Source: an uncultured Pelagibacteraceae bacterium
GTDB lineage: Bacteria > Pseudomonadota > Alphaproteobacteria > Pelagibacterales > Pelagibacteraceae
Assembly: GCA_902524045.1 (NCBI GenBank)
Contig: CABZBT010000001.1
Span: 1-55,044 of the forward strand
Length of the DNA: 55,044 nucleotides
Direction: 5' to 3'
The notes below the pieces were generated by a model that was given only the letters and a program-made list of their open reading frames with translations, made no database searches and was not told the DNA's origin. Positions 27,839-37,011 of this stretch are shown here, piece after piece (position 1 is the stretch's first letter; every line of letters starts with the position of its first letter). A program made the position numbers and the translations under genes.

Positions 27839-29029
27839 ATGAGAAAATTAATTATTGCTGTATTTATGTTTGTATCAAGTTTTGGAACAAACTTAGTTGC
27901 AGATGGTCATTCAATTAAGATGGGGATTATATTAGGATTTACTGGTCCTATTGAATCTTTAACACCTGCTATGGCTGCTTCTGCTGAATTAGCTTTTAAA
28001 GAAGCTTCAGACTCAGGATCGCTATTAGGTGGAAAAAAAATTAAACCAATTAGGGCAGACTCAACTTGTGTTGACTCTGCAGCAGCTACTGCAGCAGCCG
28101 AAGGTGTTATAGCACAAGGTGTAACAGCAATTATGGGAGCTGATTGTTCAGGTGTAACAGGTGCGATCGCATCTAATGTTGCAGTGCCAAACGGTGTTGT
28201 AATGATTTCACCTTCAGCAACATCTCCAGGTTTAACAACTCTTGACGATAAAGGATACTTCTTTAGAACAGCTCCTTCAGATGCAAGAGGTGGTCAAATC
28301 TTAGCTGATGTCACTAAAGACAGAAAAATTAAAAGTGTAGCGATAACTTACACAAACAACGACTATGGAAAAGGTTTAGCAGATGTTTATAAAGCAGCAG
28401 TTGAAGGTCACGGTATTAAAGTTACTACAGTAACCGCACATGAAGATGGTAAAGCAGATTACTCATCAGAAGTAGCAACACTTGCTTCAGCAGGTGGAGA
28501 CGCAGTAGCAGTCATTGGTTACTTAGACCAAGGTGGTAAAGGTATCATTCAAGCATCTTTAGATTCTGGTGCATTTGATAGATTTATTTTATCAGATGGT
28601 ATGATTGGTCAATCATTAGTTGATGCATTTGGAAAAGATTTAAATAAATCTTTCGGTTCATTGCCTGGTTCAACTGGAAAAGGAGCTGGAGTATTTGCTA
28701 AAGTAGCAAGTGCTGCTGGTATTGATAGTTCTGGTCCTTACACAGGAGAATCTTACGATGCTGCCGCTTTAATAGTTTTAGCAATGCAAGCAGGTAATTC
28801 AACTGACAGAGCATCAATTGCAAAGAATGTAATGAATGTTGCTAATGGTCCTGGAACAAAGATTTATCCAGGTGAGCTTAAAAAAGGTTTAGATTTATTA
28901 GCTAAAGGTAAAAAAGTTGACTACGAAGGTGCAACTGGAGTTACTTTTACTAGCGTCGGTGAAGCTGAAGGTTCTTTCTTAGAACAAGAAGTTAAAGGCG
29001 GAAAATTTAAAACTAAAAAACAAAGATAA
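27839..29029 (+). CDS. Liv-type ABC substrate-binding protein, probably L-pyroglutamate binding
   Basis: Signal peptide; GFTGPIE, SPSATSP and FFRTAPSD motifs; neighbours pxpABC. Confidence 0.88.
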   Translation: MRKLIIAVFMFVSSFGTNLVADGHSIKMGIILGFTGPIESLTPAMAASAELAFKEASDSGSLLGGKKIKPIRADSTCVDSAAATAAAEGVIAQGVTAIMGADCSGVTGAIASNVAVPNGVVMISPSATSPGLTTLDDKGYFFRTAPSDARGGQILADVTKDRKIKSVAITYTNNDYGKGLADVYKAAVEGHGIKVTTVTAHEDGKADYSSEVATLASAGGDAVAVIGYLDQGGKGIIQASLDSGAFDRFILSDGMIGQSLVDAFGKDLNKSFGSLPGSTGKGAGVFAKVASAAGIDSSGPYTGESYDAAALIVLAMQAGNSTDRASIAKNVMNVANGPGTKIYPGELKKGLDLLAKGKKVDYEGATGVTFTSVGEAEGSFLEQEVKGGKFKTKKQR

Positions 29030-29049
29030 TTTTTTATCTTAAAAGAATT

Positions 29050-29082
29050 AAACCCCTGACATTTTGATGTTGGGGGTTTTTT
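29050..29082. terminator. Terminator hairpin between convergent genes
   Basis: aaacccctgacat-tttg-atgttgggggttt followed by a T-run on the plus strand. Confidence 0.8.
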
Positions 29083-29152
29083 AAAAAAATAAATATTTAT
29101 CTGCCATATATAAAGCCCAAGCAATAGCAGCACCTGTAATAATATATTTCAT
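29081..29152 (-). CDS. Unannotated 23-aa single-TM small protein MKYIITGAAIAWALYMADKYLFF
   Basis: ATG 4 nt after the livM stop; hydrophobic helix; stop codon abuts the terminator; below the ORF-track length cutoff. Confidence 0.55.
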   Translation of the reverse strand: MKYIITGAAIAWALYMADKYLFF

Positions 29153-29156
29153 AATT

Positions 29157-30527
29157 TTATTTTATTTCTATTTTTTCAGGAAGTATACCTTTAGGTCTAT
29201 ACCTCATAATTAGTAATAAACCTATTCCCATCATTAAAAATCTGAAATAAGGAACACTTTCAATTAAATGAACTTTTAAAAAATGTGTGTCTTCTAAACC
29301 TGCTGTTGTTAGATTGACCAAATACAATCCAATTGGCGCTGCTTCAATCCATAAGAACCAAACTACAAAACCTCCAAGAATTGCTCCAAAATTGTTTCCG
29401 CTTCCACCAACGATAACCATCACCCAAATCAAAAAAGTATACCTCAAAGGTCGATAGCTTCCTGGTGTAAATAATCCATCTTGAGTTACAAGCATAGCTC
29501 CTGCAATTCCAACTATTGCAGATCCTAAAACAAAAATTAGTAAATGTTGTTTAACTACATTTTTCCCCATAGCATTAGCAGCTTCTTCATTATCTCTGAT
29601 AGCTCTCATCATTCTTCCCCAAGGAGAGTAAAGAGCTTTTTGAGTTAAGATCAAAAGAATAATCACAACAAATAAAAACAAACCTGAATAGCAAAGTTTT
29701 ACAAATACTGATGATCCTTCTATTACAAATTGATTAAGAGCTGCTTGTCTTTCTGTAATATCAGAAATTAAAGCTAATTTTCCTGAATTAAATTTTTCAA
29801 CAAGATTTATAAACCATTCTGTTTCTTGTAAGTTAACTTCATATGGAGCAGGACGTTTTAAACCAATCACATTTTTAACACCTCTAGTTAGCCAGTCTTC
29901 ATGTTTTATAATTGCTATTACTATTTCTGATATTAATAATGTTGCGATTGCTAAATAGTCAGCCCTTAAGCCCAATGCTACCTTACCAATGACAAATGCT
30001 AATCCCCCTGCAAAGAAAGCTCCCACAATCCAAGAAAAAATTATTGGAAGCCCCAACCCACCTAGAAATCCAGTTCTTGCTGGATTTACTTCCTCAATTG
30101 CCTCAATGCCAGGTTCAGAGACAAATCGTATAATAATTATTCCTGAAATGATAATTGCAGTGATTATATAATTTCTAATTTTGGATTTTTGATATCTTTT
30201 AAGAACAAATCTAACAGCTAAAAAAATACCAATGATTAGAAATAGACTTAAAAGAATGTTTGTACCTCCTGCACTCCATGCTTCTTGAACTGGATTAACA
30301 GAAATTAAAACTGCAGCTAGACCACCTAAAGCAGTAAAGCCCATTATTCCAAAATTAATTAAACCAGCATAGCCCCATTGAATATTAGCGCCCATCGTCA
30401 TGACAGCTGATATCAAACATAAATTAAAGATGGATAAAGCAATATTCCAAGATTGAAATATACCTACAAGGATAATTAATCCCATCATAATACTGTAAGC
30501 TACAATTACATTTAAATTTTTTTTCAC
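29157..30527 (-). CDS. livM: Liv-type ABC permease (LivM-like, long form)
   Basis: QWGYAGLINFG, LRADYLAIAT, RAIRDNE and RPKGILPE motifs. Confidence 0.9.
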   Translation of the reverse strand: MKKNLNVIVAYSIMMGLIILVGIFQSWNIALSIFNLCLISAVMTMGANIQWGYAGLINFGIMGFTALGGLAAVLISVNPVQEAWSAGGTNILLSLFLIIGIFLAVRFVLKRYQKSKIRNYIITAIIISGIIIIRFVSEPGIEAIEEVNPARTGFLGGLGLPIIFSWIVGAFFAGGLAFVIGKVALGLRADYLAIATLLISEIVIAIIKHEDWLTRGVKNVIGLKRPAPYEVNLQETEWFINLVEKFNSGKLALISDITERQAALNQFVIEGSSVFVKLCYSGLFLFVVIILLILTQKALYSPWGRMMRAIRDNEEAANAMGKNVVKQHLLIFVLGSAIVGIAGAMLVTQDGLFTPGSYRPLRYTFLIWVMVIVGGSGNNFGAILGGFVVWFLWIEAAPIGLYLVNLTTAGLEDTHFLKVHLIESVPYFRFLMMGIGLLLIMRYRPKGILPEKIEIK

Positions 30528-31534
30528 AATATCTTTCCCTTGAATATTCCTGATGGACGATAAAGCAATACAATTACCAATATTGAAAAAGATACTGCAA
30601 ATTTATAATCAGTTGAAAGTAACTGAATTAAACTATCGGGCTCCATGCTTTCTGGGAGCACATACATGAAGAATTTCTTATATGCATAAGTCAACAATAT
30701 TTCCGAAAAAGCAATGACGTAACCTCCCAAGAAAGCACCAAAGGGATTACCTATACCCCCCACTATTGCTGCAGCAAATATTGGAAGCATGTTATTGAAA
30801 TAAGTAAATGGTTTAAAGCTTTTATCTAAACCGTACAAAACTCCACCTATTGTGGCTAAAATTGCAGCAATCATCCAAGTTATCATCACAATTTTTTTTG
30901 GATCTATTCCAGAAAGTAATGCTAAATCTTCATTGTCAGAATAAGCCCTCATACTTTTTCCAGTTTTAGTTTTGTTTAAAAACCAAAATAAAGTTGAAAC
31001 TAAAATTATTGTAACAACAATTGTAATGACTTGAGTTGATTTTATAGCAAGTCCCTCGTTTAAACCTGTCATTTCTTTAAACTCATTAGCTTTAATCAAA
31101 AATTTCTCACCATCAAAAAATCTTCTATCCGATGGCCCAATTATGATTCTTACTACTGCCTGAGTTATAAACATTACCCCTATGCTTACCATTGCTAATT
31201 GAACAGGAGGACTTTTGTTTAACCTGTAATATTTAAATACAAACTTATCAATTATTAGCATGTAAAAACCCATAAAGAGAATTGCAAAAGGTAATGCTAA
31301 AAGTGCAGTGGGTAAAAACCAAAGGGATAAACCAAGTGACTGAAAGTACCATGTAAAAAGTATGGCAATCATTGTGCCAAATGACATCATGTCTCCAGTT
31401 GCAAAATTTGCAAAACGGAGTATTCCATATATTAAAGTAACAAATATAGCTCCGATGGCTAATTGAGATCCGTAGGCAAGAGCAGGAACAAAAATATAAT
31501 TTAATAAAAGAATTAATGCGTTAAGAAAATCCAT
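30524..31534 (-). CDS. livH: Liv-type ABC permease (LivH-like)
   Basis: GILRFANFATG, GKSMRA, VGGIGNP and RPSGIF motifs. Confidence 0.9.
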   Translation of the reverse strand: MDFLNALILLLNYIFVPALAYGSQLAIGAIFVTLIYGILRFANFATGDMMSFGTMIAILFTWYFQSLGLSLWFLPTALLALPFAILFMGFYMLIIDKFVFKYYRLNKSPPVQLAMVSIGVMFITQAVVRIIIGPSDRRFFDGEKFLIKANEFKEMTGLNEGLAIKSTQVITIVVTIILVSTLFWFLNKTKTGKSMRAYSDNEDLALLSGIDPKKIVMITWMIAAILATIGGVLYGLDKSFKPFTYFNNMLPIFAAAIVGGIGNPFGAFLGGYVIAFSEILLTYAYKKFFMYVLPESMEPDSLIQLLSTDYKFAVSFSILVIVLLYRPSGIFKGKIL

Positions 31535-32242
31535 TTAATCACCTAAAAAAGAGCTTCTTACTCTTGGATCATTTAGCAATTCTTTACCCGTCCCAGAGTA
31601 TCGATTTTGACCGGTGACTAATACATATCCCCTATCAGAAATATTAAGAGCTTGTTTTGCATTCTGCTCAACCATTAAAATTGCAACATTTGTTTTTTTT
31701 ACTTTTATTATATGATCAAAAAGTTCATCCATTACTATTGGAGAAACTCCAGCAGTTGGTTCATCTAACATAAGTACAGACGGCTTAATCATCAAAGCCC
31801 TTCCTAACGCAACTTGTTGTCTTTGACCTCCTGACAATTCTCCAACAAATTGTTTTCTTTTCTCAGTCAAAATTGGAAAAAGATTATAAATTTCCTCAAT
31901 TACTTTTGTGTAATCTTGATTAACTAAAAAAGCTCCCATCTCTAAATTTTCCTCAACTGTCATGCCTGCAAATACATTTTTTGTTTGAGGCACAAATGAA
32001 ATTCCTTCTTTCACTCTATCTTGTGGAGAAAGTTTTGAGATATCCTTACCATCAATAATTACAGAGCCAGATTTCAAATTAAGTAAACCTAACATCGCTT
32101 TCATCGCGGTCGATTTTCCAGCGCCGTTAGGTCCAAGAATGGATACTATTTCTCCTTTTTCAACATTAACAGAACATGAATTGATTATATCTGGACCTTT
32201 GCCATATCCACCTGTCATGTTAATTCCCTCAAAAAATGCCAT
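31535..32242 (-). CDS. livF: Liv-type ABC ATP-binding protein (LivF-like)
   Basis: GPNGAGKS, LSGGQ, LDEP and MVEQN motifs. Confidence 0.92.
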   Translation of the reverse strand: MAFFEGINMTGGYGKGPDIINSCSVNVEKGEIVSILGPNGAGKSTAMKAMLGLLNLKSGSVIIDGKDISKLSPQDRVKEGISFVPQTKNVFAGMTVEENLEMGAFLVNQDYTKVIEEIYNLFPILTEKRKQFVGELSGGQRQQVALGRALMIKPSVLMLDEPTAGVSPIVMDELFDHIIKVKKTNVAILMVEQNAKQALNISDRGYVLVTGQNRYSGTGKELLNDPRVRSSFLGD

Positions 32243-32244
32243 AC

Positions 32245-33031
32245 TTAATTATCTTTTAGTTTTGAACCTCTACCTAAGTAGCTTTCAATTACTCTTTCAT
32301 CTTTTTTTGCATCTTTTACTGAACCTTCAAATAAAACAGATCCTTCTGCCATAACTATTACTGGATCACATAATCTTCCAATAAAATCCATGTCATGCTC
32401 AATCATACAAAAAAGTGTAACCCTTTTCTTTGTTTAACTTCTCTATAGCAGTGCCTAAATCCTTTAATAAAGTTCGATTAACTCCTGCGCCAACCTCGTC
32501 TAATAATACTAATTTTGCATCTACCATCATTGTTCGCCCCAATTCTAATAGTTTTTTTTGCCCTCCAGATAAGTTTCCAGCTAATTCGTTCTTTAAATGA
32601 CTTAAATTAAGAAAATTTACTACTTCCATCGCTTTTTCTTTTATTTGACTTTCCTCTTTAGCGACTAATCTTGGTTTTAACAAAGCATTCATTATTTTTT
32701 CCCCAGATTGATTAGCTGGTACCATCATTAAATTTTCTAACACTGATAAGTTTGTAAATTCGTGAGCTATTTGAAAAGTTCTTAAAAGCCCTTTTGAAAA
32801 CAATTCATAAGATGGGACATCTGTAATATTTTCTTTATTAAATAACACGCTACCAGCTGATGATCTTAAATTACCAGCAATCAGATTAAACAAAGTTGTT
32901 TTTCCTGAACCATTGGGTCCTATTATACCAGTTATTGTTCCTTGTTTTACTTTTAAAGAACAATTAGATACAGCGGCCAATCCACCAAAATATTTTGATA
33001 AGTTTATTATTTCTAAAATATTATCTTGCAT
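32245..33031 (-). pseudogene. livG: LivG-like ABC ATPase with a +1 frameshift in a homopolymer (probably a sequencing error)
   Basis: Removing one base from the A6 run at 32409-32414 restores ...GYTFCMIEHDMDFIGRLCDPVIVMAEG...VIESYLGRGSKLKDN* ending at 32245. Confidence 0.88.
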
Positions 33032-33043
33032 TCCTGAAACAGG

Positions 33044-33802
33044 TTATAATCTTTTATAAATCTTCTTAAGTGATCTTTCTAATAATCTATAATATCCTGA
33101 TTTTCTTAATTCGTTTACACCTTGCCAGTTTAGTCCTCCTGGTGTTTGTTCATTTACTAAATCTTTTAACGGTTTAGATGAATTTTTTAGAGCTAGTTCA
33201 GCTAGAGCTGAATATAATAAAGTTACATATTTTTGAGCATCTAATTTATTTATTTTTTTTCTAATTAACCAATTAGATAAAACAGCTAATGATTCATAAA
33301 ACGAAGCCATAGTTCCTGAGATCGCCCAAAAGTTTTTTGATAGTTTTTCATTTTTAATTTCGATTGTTGTGCCAATTTTATTAAAAAAATTTTTAACTTT
33401 TTTATTGGGTGGAAATATCGCAACAGGACCTTTGCCATATTTAATGGGGGGCATTGGAATAGCCCTAATAATAGTAAGTTTTTTTTTGATCAATTTTTTT
33501 AATTTTGAATATTTTGTTGTGGACATAAAACTAATAACAGTTTGATTATTTTTGAACTTTAATTTAGATAATATATTCTCACCAACGTGAGGTAGAACAC
33601 CTAGAAATATCCAATTAGACATATCTATTACTGATTGATTATCTTTAGCAATTATTACTTTTTTAAAATTTTTTTTTAAAAATTTTGCTTTTTTTTTATT
33701 CCTTGGAGAAAGGATTATTTTTTTAAATGAAATTTTTGATTTACTAATTCCAGTAATAACATCTGAAACAATATTTCCTGTACCTATAAAACCTAAGATC
33801 AT
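33044..33802 (-). CDS. Pyrroline-5-carboxylate reductase-like protein
   Basis: GFIGTGNI, RAIPMP and QTPGGLN motifs; divergent from canonical ProC. Confidence 0.75.
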   Translation of the reverse strand: MILGFIGTGNIVSDVITGISKSKISFKKIILSPRNKKKAKFLKKNFKKVIIAKDNQSVIDMSNWIFLGVLPHVGENILSKLKFKNNQTVISFMSTTKYSKLKKLIKKKLTIIRAIPMPPIKYGKGPVAIFPPNKKVKNFFNKIGTTIEIKNEKLSKNFWAISGTMASFYESLAVLSNWLIRKKINKLDAQKYVTLLYSALAELALKNSSKPLKDLVNEQTPGGLNWQGVNELRKSGYYRLLERSLKKIYKRL

Positions 33803-33837
33803 AGAATAAGTTACCTTAAAGGAAGGTTTGTTTGAAC

Positions 33838-33870
33838 AAAAAAAAAGGCTGGTGAATTCACCAGCCTTTT
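33838..33870 (-). terminator. Intrinsic terminator of OMP paralogue A
   Basis: aaaaggctggtg-aatt-caccagcctttt with a long A-run on plus (U-tract on minus). Confidence 0.9.
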
Positions 33871-33889
33871 AAAATTTGTTTAGATAAAA

Positions 33890-34579
33890 TTAGAATGATT
33901 TTCCAAGTTTAATCGATCCAGCTGCACCATACATGTCAGTAACTTCAACTGCTTTTGACGTGTCAACTGTGCTTGTTGCATTCACATCATCATATTCTGA
34001 CGCTGATACTTCTGCTCTTATAAATATACCATTATCAGCTGTATATTGGTAACCTAATCCGACTGAAATACCAGTAGTATCCACATCACCATATTTACTT
34101 CCAGTAGCTAAAGACTCTTTAGTCTCTACATCTACCATATGGTAACCTAGTTTAAAGTAGGTGTTAAAAGGCATATTTATATTTGCGTAAAATGTAGTGT
34201 GATCAGCAAATGTTGCCTTAACTGTGTTATTTTTTAGTGGTTCACTTTCGCCAGTGGCTTTTTGGGCGTTTAAGTTTTCCGGAGTAGATACATCATCTGC
34301 AAATCTCTCTACACCTAAAGAAACAAGATCTGAAACAGCATATTCGATAAATATACTTGTTATGCCATCTTCTTTAAATGCACCATCCTCTTCAGTAATA
34401 TCTTTTTTTGAAGTGGATGCACCACTTCCTGTCTTGGTTTCTTTACCACTACCCATGAAAGCAGCAGTGCTAAATGCTGCACCAATTGAGAGACCCTCAA
34501 CTGCTGAAGCAGATTGAATACCTAGGAAAGATACAAAAGATATTGCTAAAATAGCTATTTTAGTTTTTAACATTTTCAT
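33890..34579 (-). CDS. Outer-membrane beta-barrel protein (small, OmpA/porin-like), paralogue A
   Basis: Signal peptide; alternating amphipathic strands (GLGYQY, FIRAEVS); C-terminal Phe (KLGKSF). Confidence 0.8.
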   Translation of the reverse strand: MKMLKTKIAILAISFVSFLGIQSASAVEGLSIGAAFSTAAFMGSGKETKTGSGASTSKKDITEEDGAFKEDGITSIFIEYAVSDLVSLGVERFADDVSTPENLNAQKATGESEPLKNNTVKATFADHTTFYANINMPFNTYFKLGYHMVDVETKESLATGSKYGDVDTTGISVGLGYQYTADNGIFIRAEVSASEYDDVNATSTVDTSKAVEVTDMYGAAGSIKLGKSF

Positions 34580-34684
34580 ATTGTTAGTCCTAACTTATTT
34601 ATTAATATATTAATGGTAATTTATTAGCATTATTTCCTGAAAATTGTGTAATTTTATTTAATCATAAATTAGATTGTAATAACA

Positions 34685-34704
34685 TGTTGCAAAATTATCA
34701 CAAA
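34685..34704. promoter_or_regulatory. Conserved upstream site tgttgcaaaattatcacaaa (TGT-N12-ACA), copy A
   Basis: Identical 20-mer at 35636..35655, at nearly the same distance from the putative -10. Confidence 0.7.
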
Positions 34705-34789
34705 AAATACCTTGATTATTAAAGATTTTTTTAAATCAATTATATATCTATTCTTAGTTGAATAAGAGTAAATGATAAATTATTTTAAT

Positions 34790-34821
34790 AAAAAAAAGGC
34801 TGGTTAAAAACCAGCCTTTTT
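34790..34821 (-). terminator. Intrinsic terminator of OMP paralogue B
   Basis: aaaaaggctggtt-aaa-aaccagccttttt; same stem as paralogue A's terminator. Confidence 0.9.
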
Positions 34822-34847
34822 AAATTTTTGTTTAACTTAACTTTTTA

Positions 34848-35531
34848 TTAGAATGATTTTCCAATTTTAAGCGCAGCAGCAGCACCATACATGCTATTTA
34901 CTTCAACTTTTTTATCAGATTCATTACTATTTGTTGCAGATATATCATCATAATCAGATGCTGTAACCTCTACTCTTGCAAAGAAACCATTATCAGCAGT
35001 ATGTTGGTAACCTAAACCAATTACGTAACCATCTGTATCTACATTTGGATAAGCACCTCCAGTTGCCAAGCTTTCTTCTGTTGCTACATCAGTCATGATG
35101 TAACCAACTTTAAAGTAAGAACTCGGTGTAAAATTTACATTTGCATATATAGTTGTATGATCTTCAAATGTTGCCTTAACTGTGTTGGTTTGCAATGCTC
35201 CAGCCTCAACACTCGTTCTTTGTTTGTTGGTATTTTCTGGCGTCGTCAAGTCTTCCAAATAATACTCAACTCCTAGAGATACTAGACCTACTTTGTATTC
35301 AATGAAAGCACTTCCAATACTATCTTCAAAAATTCCAGTTTCTTCGGCATCTATATTTCTTTTTGTTGTTGTAGCACCACTTGTAGATGTTTCTTTACCA
35401 GTACCCATGAAAACAGCTTGAGTATATGCAAGACCAACCGAAAGACCTTCAACTGCATGAGCTGTTTGGATTCCTAGGAAAGATACAAAAGATATTGCTA
35501 AAACAGCTATTTTACTTCTTAAGTATTTCAT
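34848..35531 (-). CDS. Outer-membrane beta-barrel protein, paralogue B
   Basis: Same architecture as paralogue A; ends KIGKSF. Confidence 0.8.
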   Translation of the reverse strand: MKYLRSKIAVLAISFVSFLGIQTAHAVEGLSVGLAYTQAVFMGTGKETSTSGATTTKRNIDAEETGIFEDSIGSAFIEYKVGLVSLGVEYYLEDLTTPENTNKQRTSVEAGALQTNTVKATFEDHTTIYANVNFTPSSYFKVGYIMTDVATEESLATGGAYPNVDTDGYVIGLGYQHTADNGFFARVEVTASDYDDISATNSNESDKKVEVNSMYGAAAALKIGKSF

Positions 35532-35635
35532 AAGTTTTCCCTTTTAACTTAAATTAATATATTAATGCGACTCTAATACCATTTTTTAATGAAATTTTAA
35601 AATTTAAAAGACTTTAAATTAGTTTTTTACATAAT

Positions 35636-35655
35636 TGTTGCAAAATTATCACAAA
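35636..35655. promoter_or_regulatory. Conserved upstream site tgttgcaaaattatcacaaa, copy B
   Basis: Identical to 34685..34704. Confidence 0.7.
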
Positions 35656-35738
35656 TTAACATTGAAAAGATTGAGTTTTTTGACAATATTAAATATTTAT
35701 TTTAGATTGAATGTAAGCAGATATCCCTACACTTAAAT

Positions 35739-36107
35739 TTAATTTTTGCTCTTAAAAACTAAACAAATCCCGTTGTTGCAGTATCTTTTTCCAGTAGGTT
35801 GAGGTCCATCATCAAATATATGACCATGATGAGCATTACAATTTTTGCAATGATATTCTGTTCGGGGATAACCAAGTAAATGATCAGTTTTAGTCTCAAA
35901 AACATTGGGTAATGATTGAAAAAATGATGGCCAACCAGACCCACTTTCGTATTTAGCTTCTGATGTGAAAAGTTTTACTCCACAATTAGCACAAAGATAA
36001 GTTCCCACTCTTTTTTCATCATTTAATTCGCTTGAACCTGGAAGTTCAGTTCCCTCTTCAAACATAATTAATTTCTGTTCTGCAGTTAAGTGTTTTTTTT
36101 TATCCAT
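35739..36107 (-). CDS. msrB: Peptide-methionine (R)-S-oxide reductase
   Basis: Two CxxC motifs, SGSGWPSF, HHGHIFDDGP and RYCNNG. Confidence 0.95.
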   Translation of the reverse strand: MDKKKHLTAEQKLIMFEEGTELPGSSELNDEKRVGTYLCANCGVKLFTSEAKYESGSGWPSFFQSLPNVFETKTDHLLGYPRTEYHCKNCNAHHGHIFDDGPQPTGKRYCNNGICLVFKSKN

Positions 36108-36111
36108 TTAT

Positions 36112-37005
36112 TTAAAGTAGCTTAGCACAAGACTGATGTAAAATAGAGTGTAATTCTACAAGTTTTTTAAAGTCTTTATTATAACCACCACCTAAAACAC
36201 CACAGAAAGGTATACCTTTTGAAAAGAAATTTTCTGTTACAATTTCGTCTCTAGCTCTTATCCCTTCGTCAGTAATTTTAAGTTTGCCTAAGCGATCATT
36301 AAAGTGAATATCTACTCCTGCTATATAAAAAACAAAATCAAAATTATCTTTATTTATTTTTACAAGATAACGTTTTAAAATTTGGAGATATTCATGATCC
36401 TCCATATTGTCATTAAGTTCAACATCGAGATCACTAATTGATTTTTTAATTGGATAATTTTTTTTTGAGTGCATACTAAAGGTAAAAACATTTTTATTAT
36501 TTTTAAAAATTTCTGAGTTTCCATTACCTTGATGAACATCAAGATCTAATATCAAAATTCTTCTAGATAAATTTTTGCCTAGTAAGTATTGAGCTGCTAC
36601 CGCTACATCGTTAAACACGCAATAACCAGCTCCACTATTAAAATTCGCATGATGACTTCCACCAGCTGTATTACAAGCAATTCCATAATTAATTGCGAGT
36701 TTGGATGCCAATACAGTTCCTCCAGTTGCAACTAAAGATCTTTGAATAACACTATCAGTTAAGGGGAAACCAATTTTTTTAATTGCGTTTTTATCTAGGG
36801 TTTTATTTTTGATTTGATTAATATAACTTTCAGAATGAGCTCTTTTGAGCGTTTCATTAGAACATGGATAAGGCACATAAAACTTCTTTACTATTTTTTT
36901 TTCTAACAAACGATCTGCTAATGCTCCAAATTTATTAATTGGAAATCTATGATCATCACCAATTTTAGCAAAATAGTCTTTGTGATTGATGATTGGCAGT
37001 TCCAT
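36112..37005 (-). CDS. Histone deacetylase family protein
   Basis: GGSHHA, GYCVFND, DLDVHQGNG and LGGGY motifs. Confidence 0.93.
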   Translation of the reverse strand: MELPIINHKDYFAKIGDDHRFPINKFGALADRLLEKKIVKKFYVPYPCSNETLKRAHSESYINQIKNKTLDKNAIKKIGFPLTDSVIQRSLVATGGTVLASKLAINYGIACNTAGGSHHANFNSGAGYCVFNDVAVAAQYLLGKNLSRRILILDLDVHQGNGNSEIFKNNKNVFTFSMHSKKNYPIKKSISDLDVELNDNMEDHEYLQILKRYLVKINKDNFDFVFYIAGVDIHFNDRLGKLKITDEGIRARDEIVTENFFSKGIPFCGVLGGGYNKDFKKLVELHSILHQSCAKLL

Positions 37006-37011
37006 AGTAAA

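Noticed and set aside
28921-29133. 70-aa minus-strand ORF
   Set aside because: It runs through the terminator and antisense into the SBP gene; the 23-aa ORF in another frame fits better.
34685-34702. Calling the TGT-N12-ACA site a PpsR/CrtJ or CRP box
   Set aside because: No photosynthesis genes or such regulator in view, and the match to TGTGA-N6-TCACA is poor; left unassigned.
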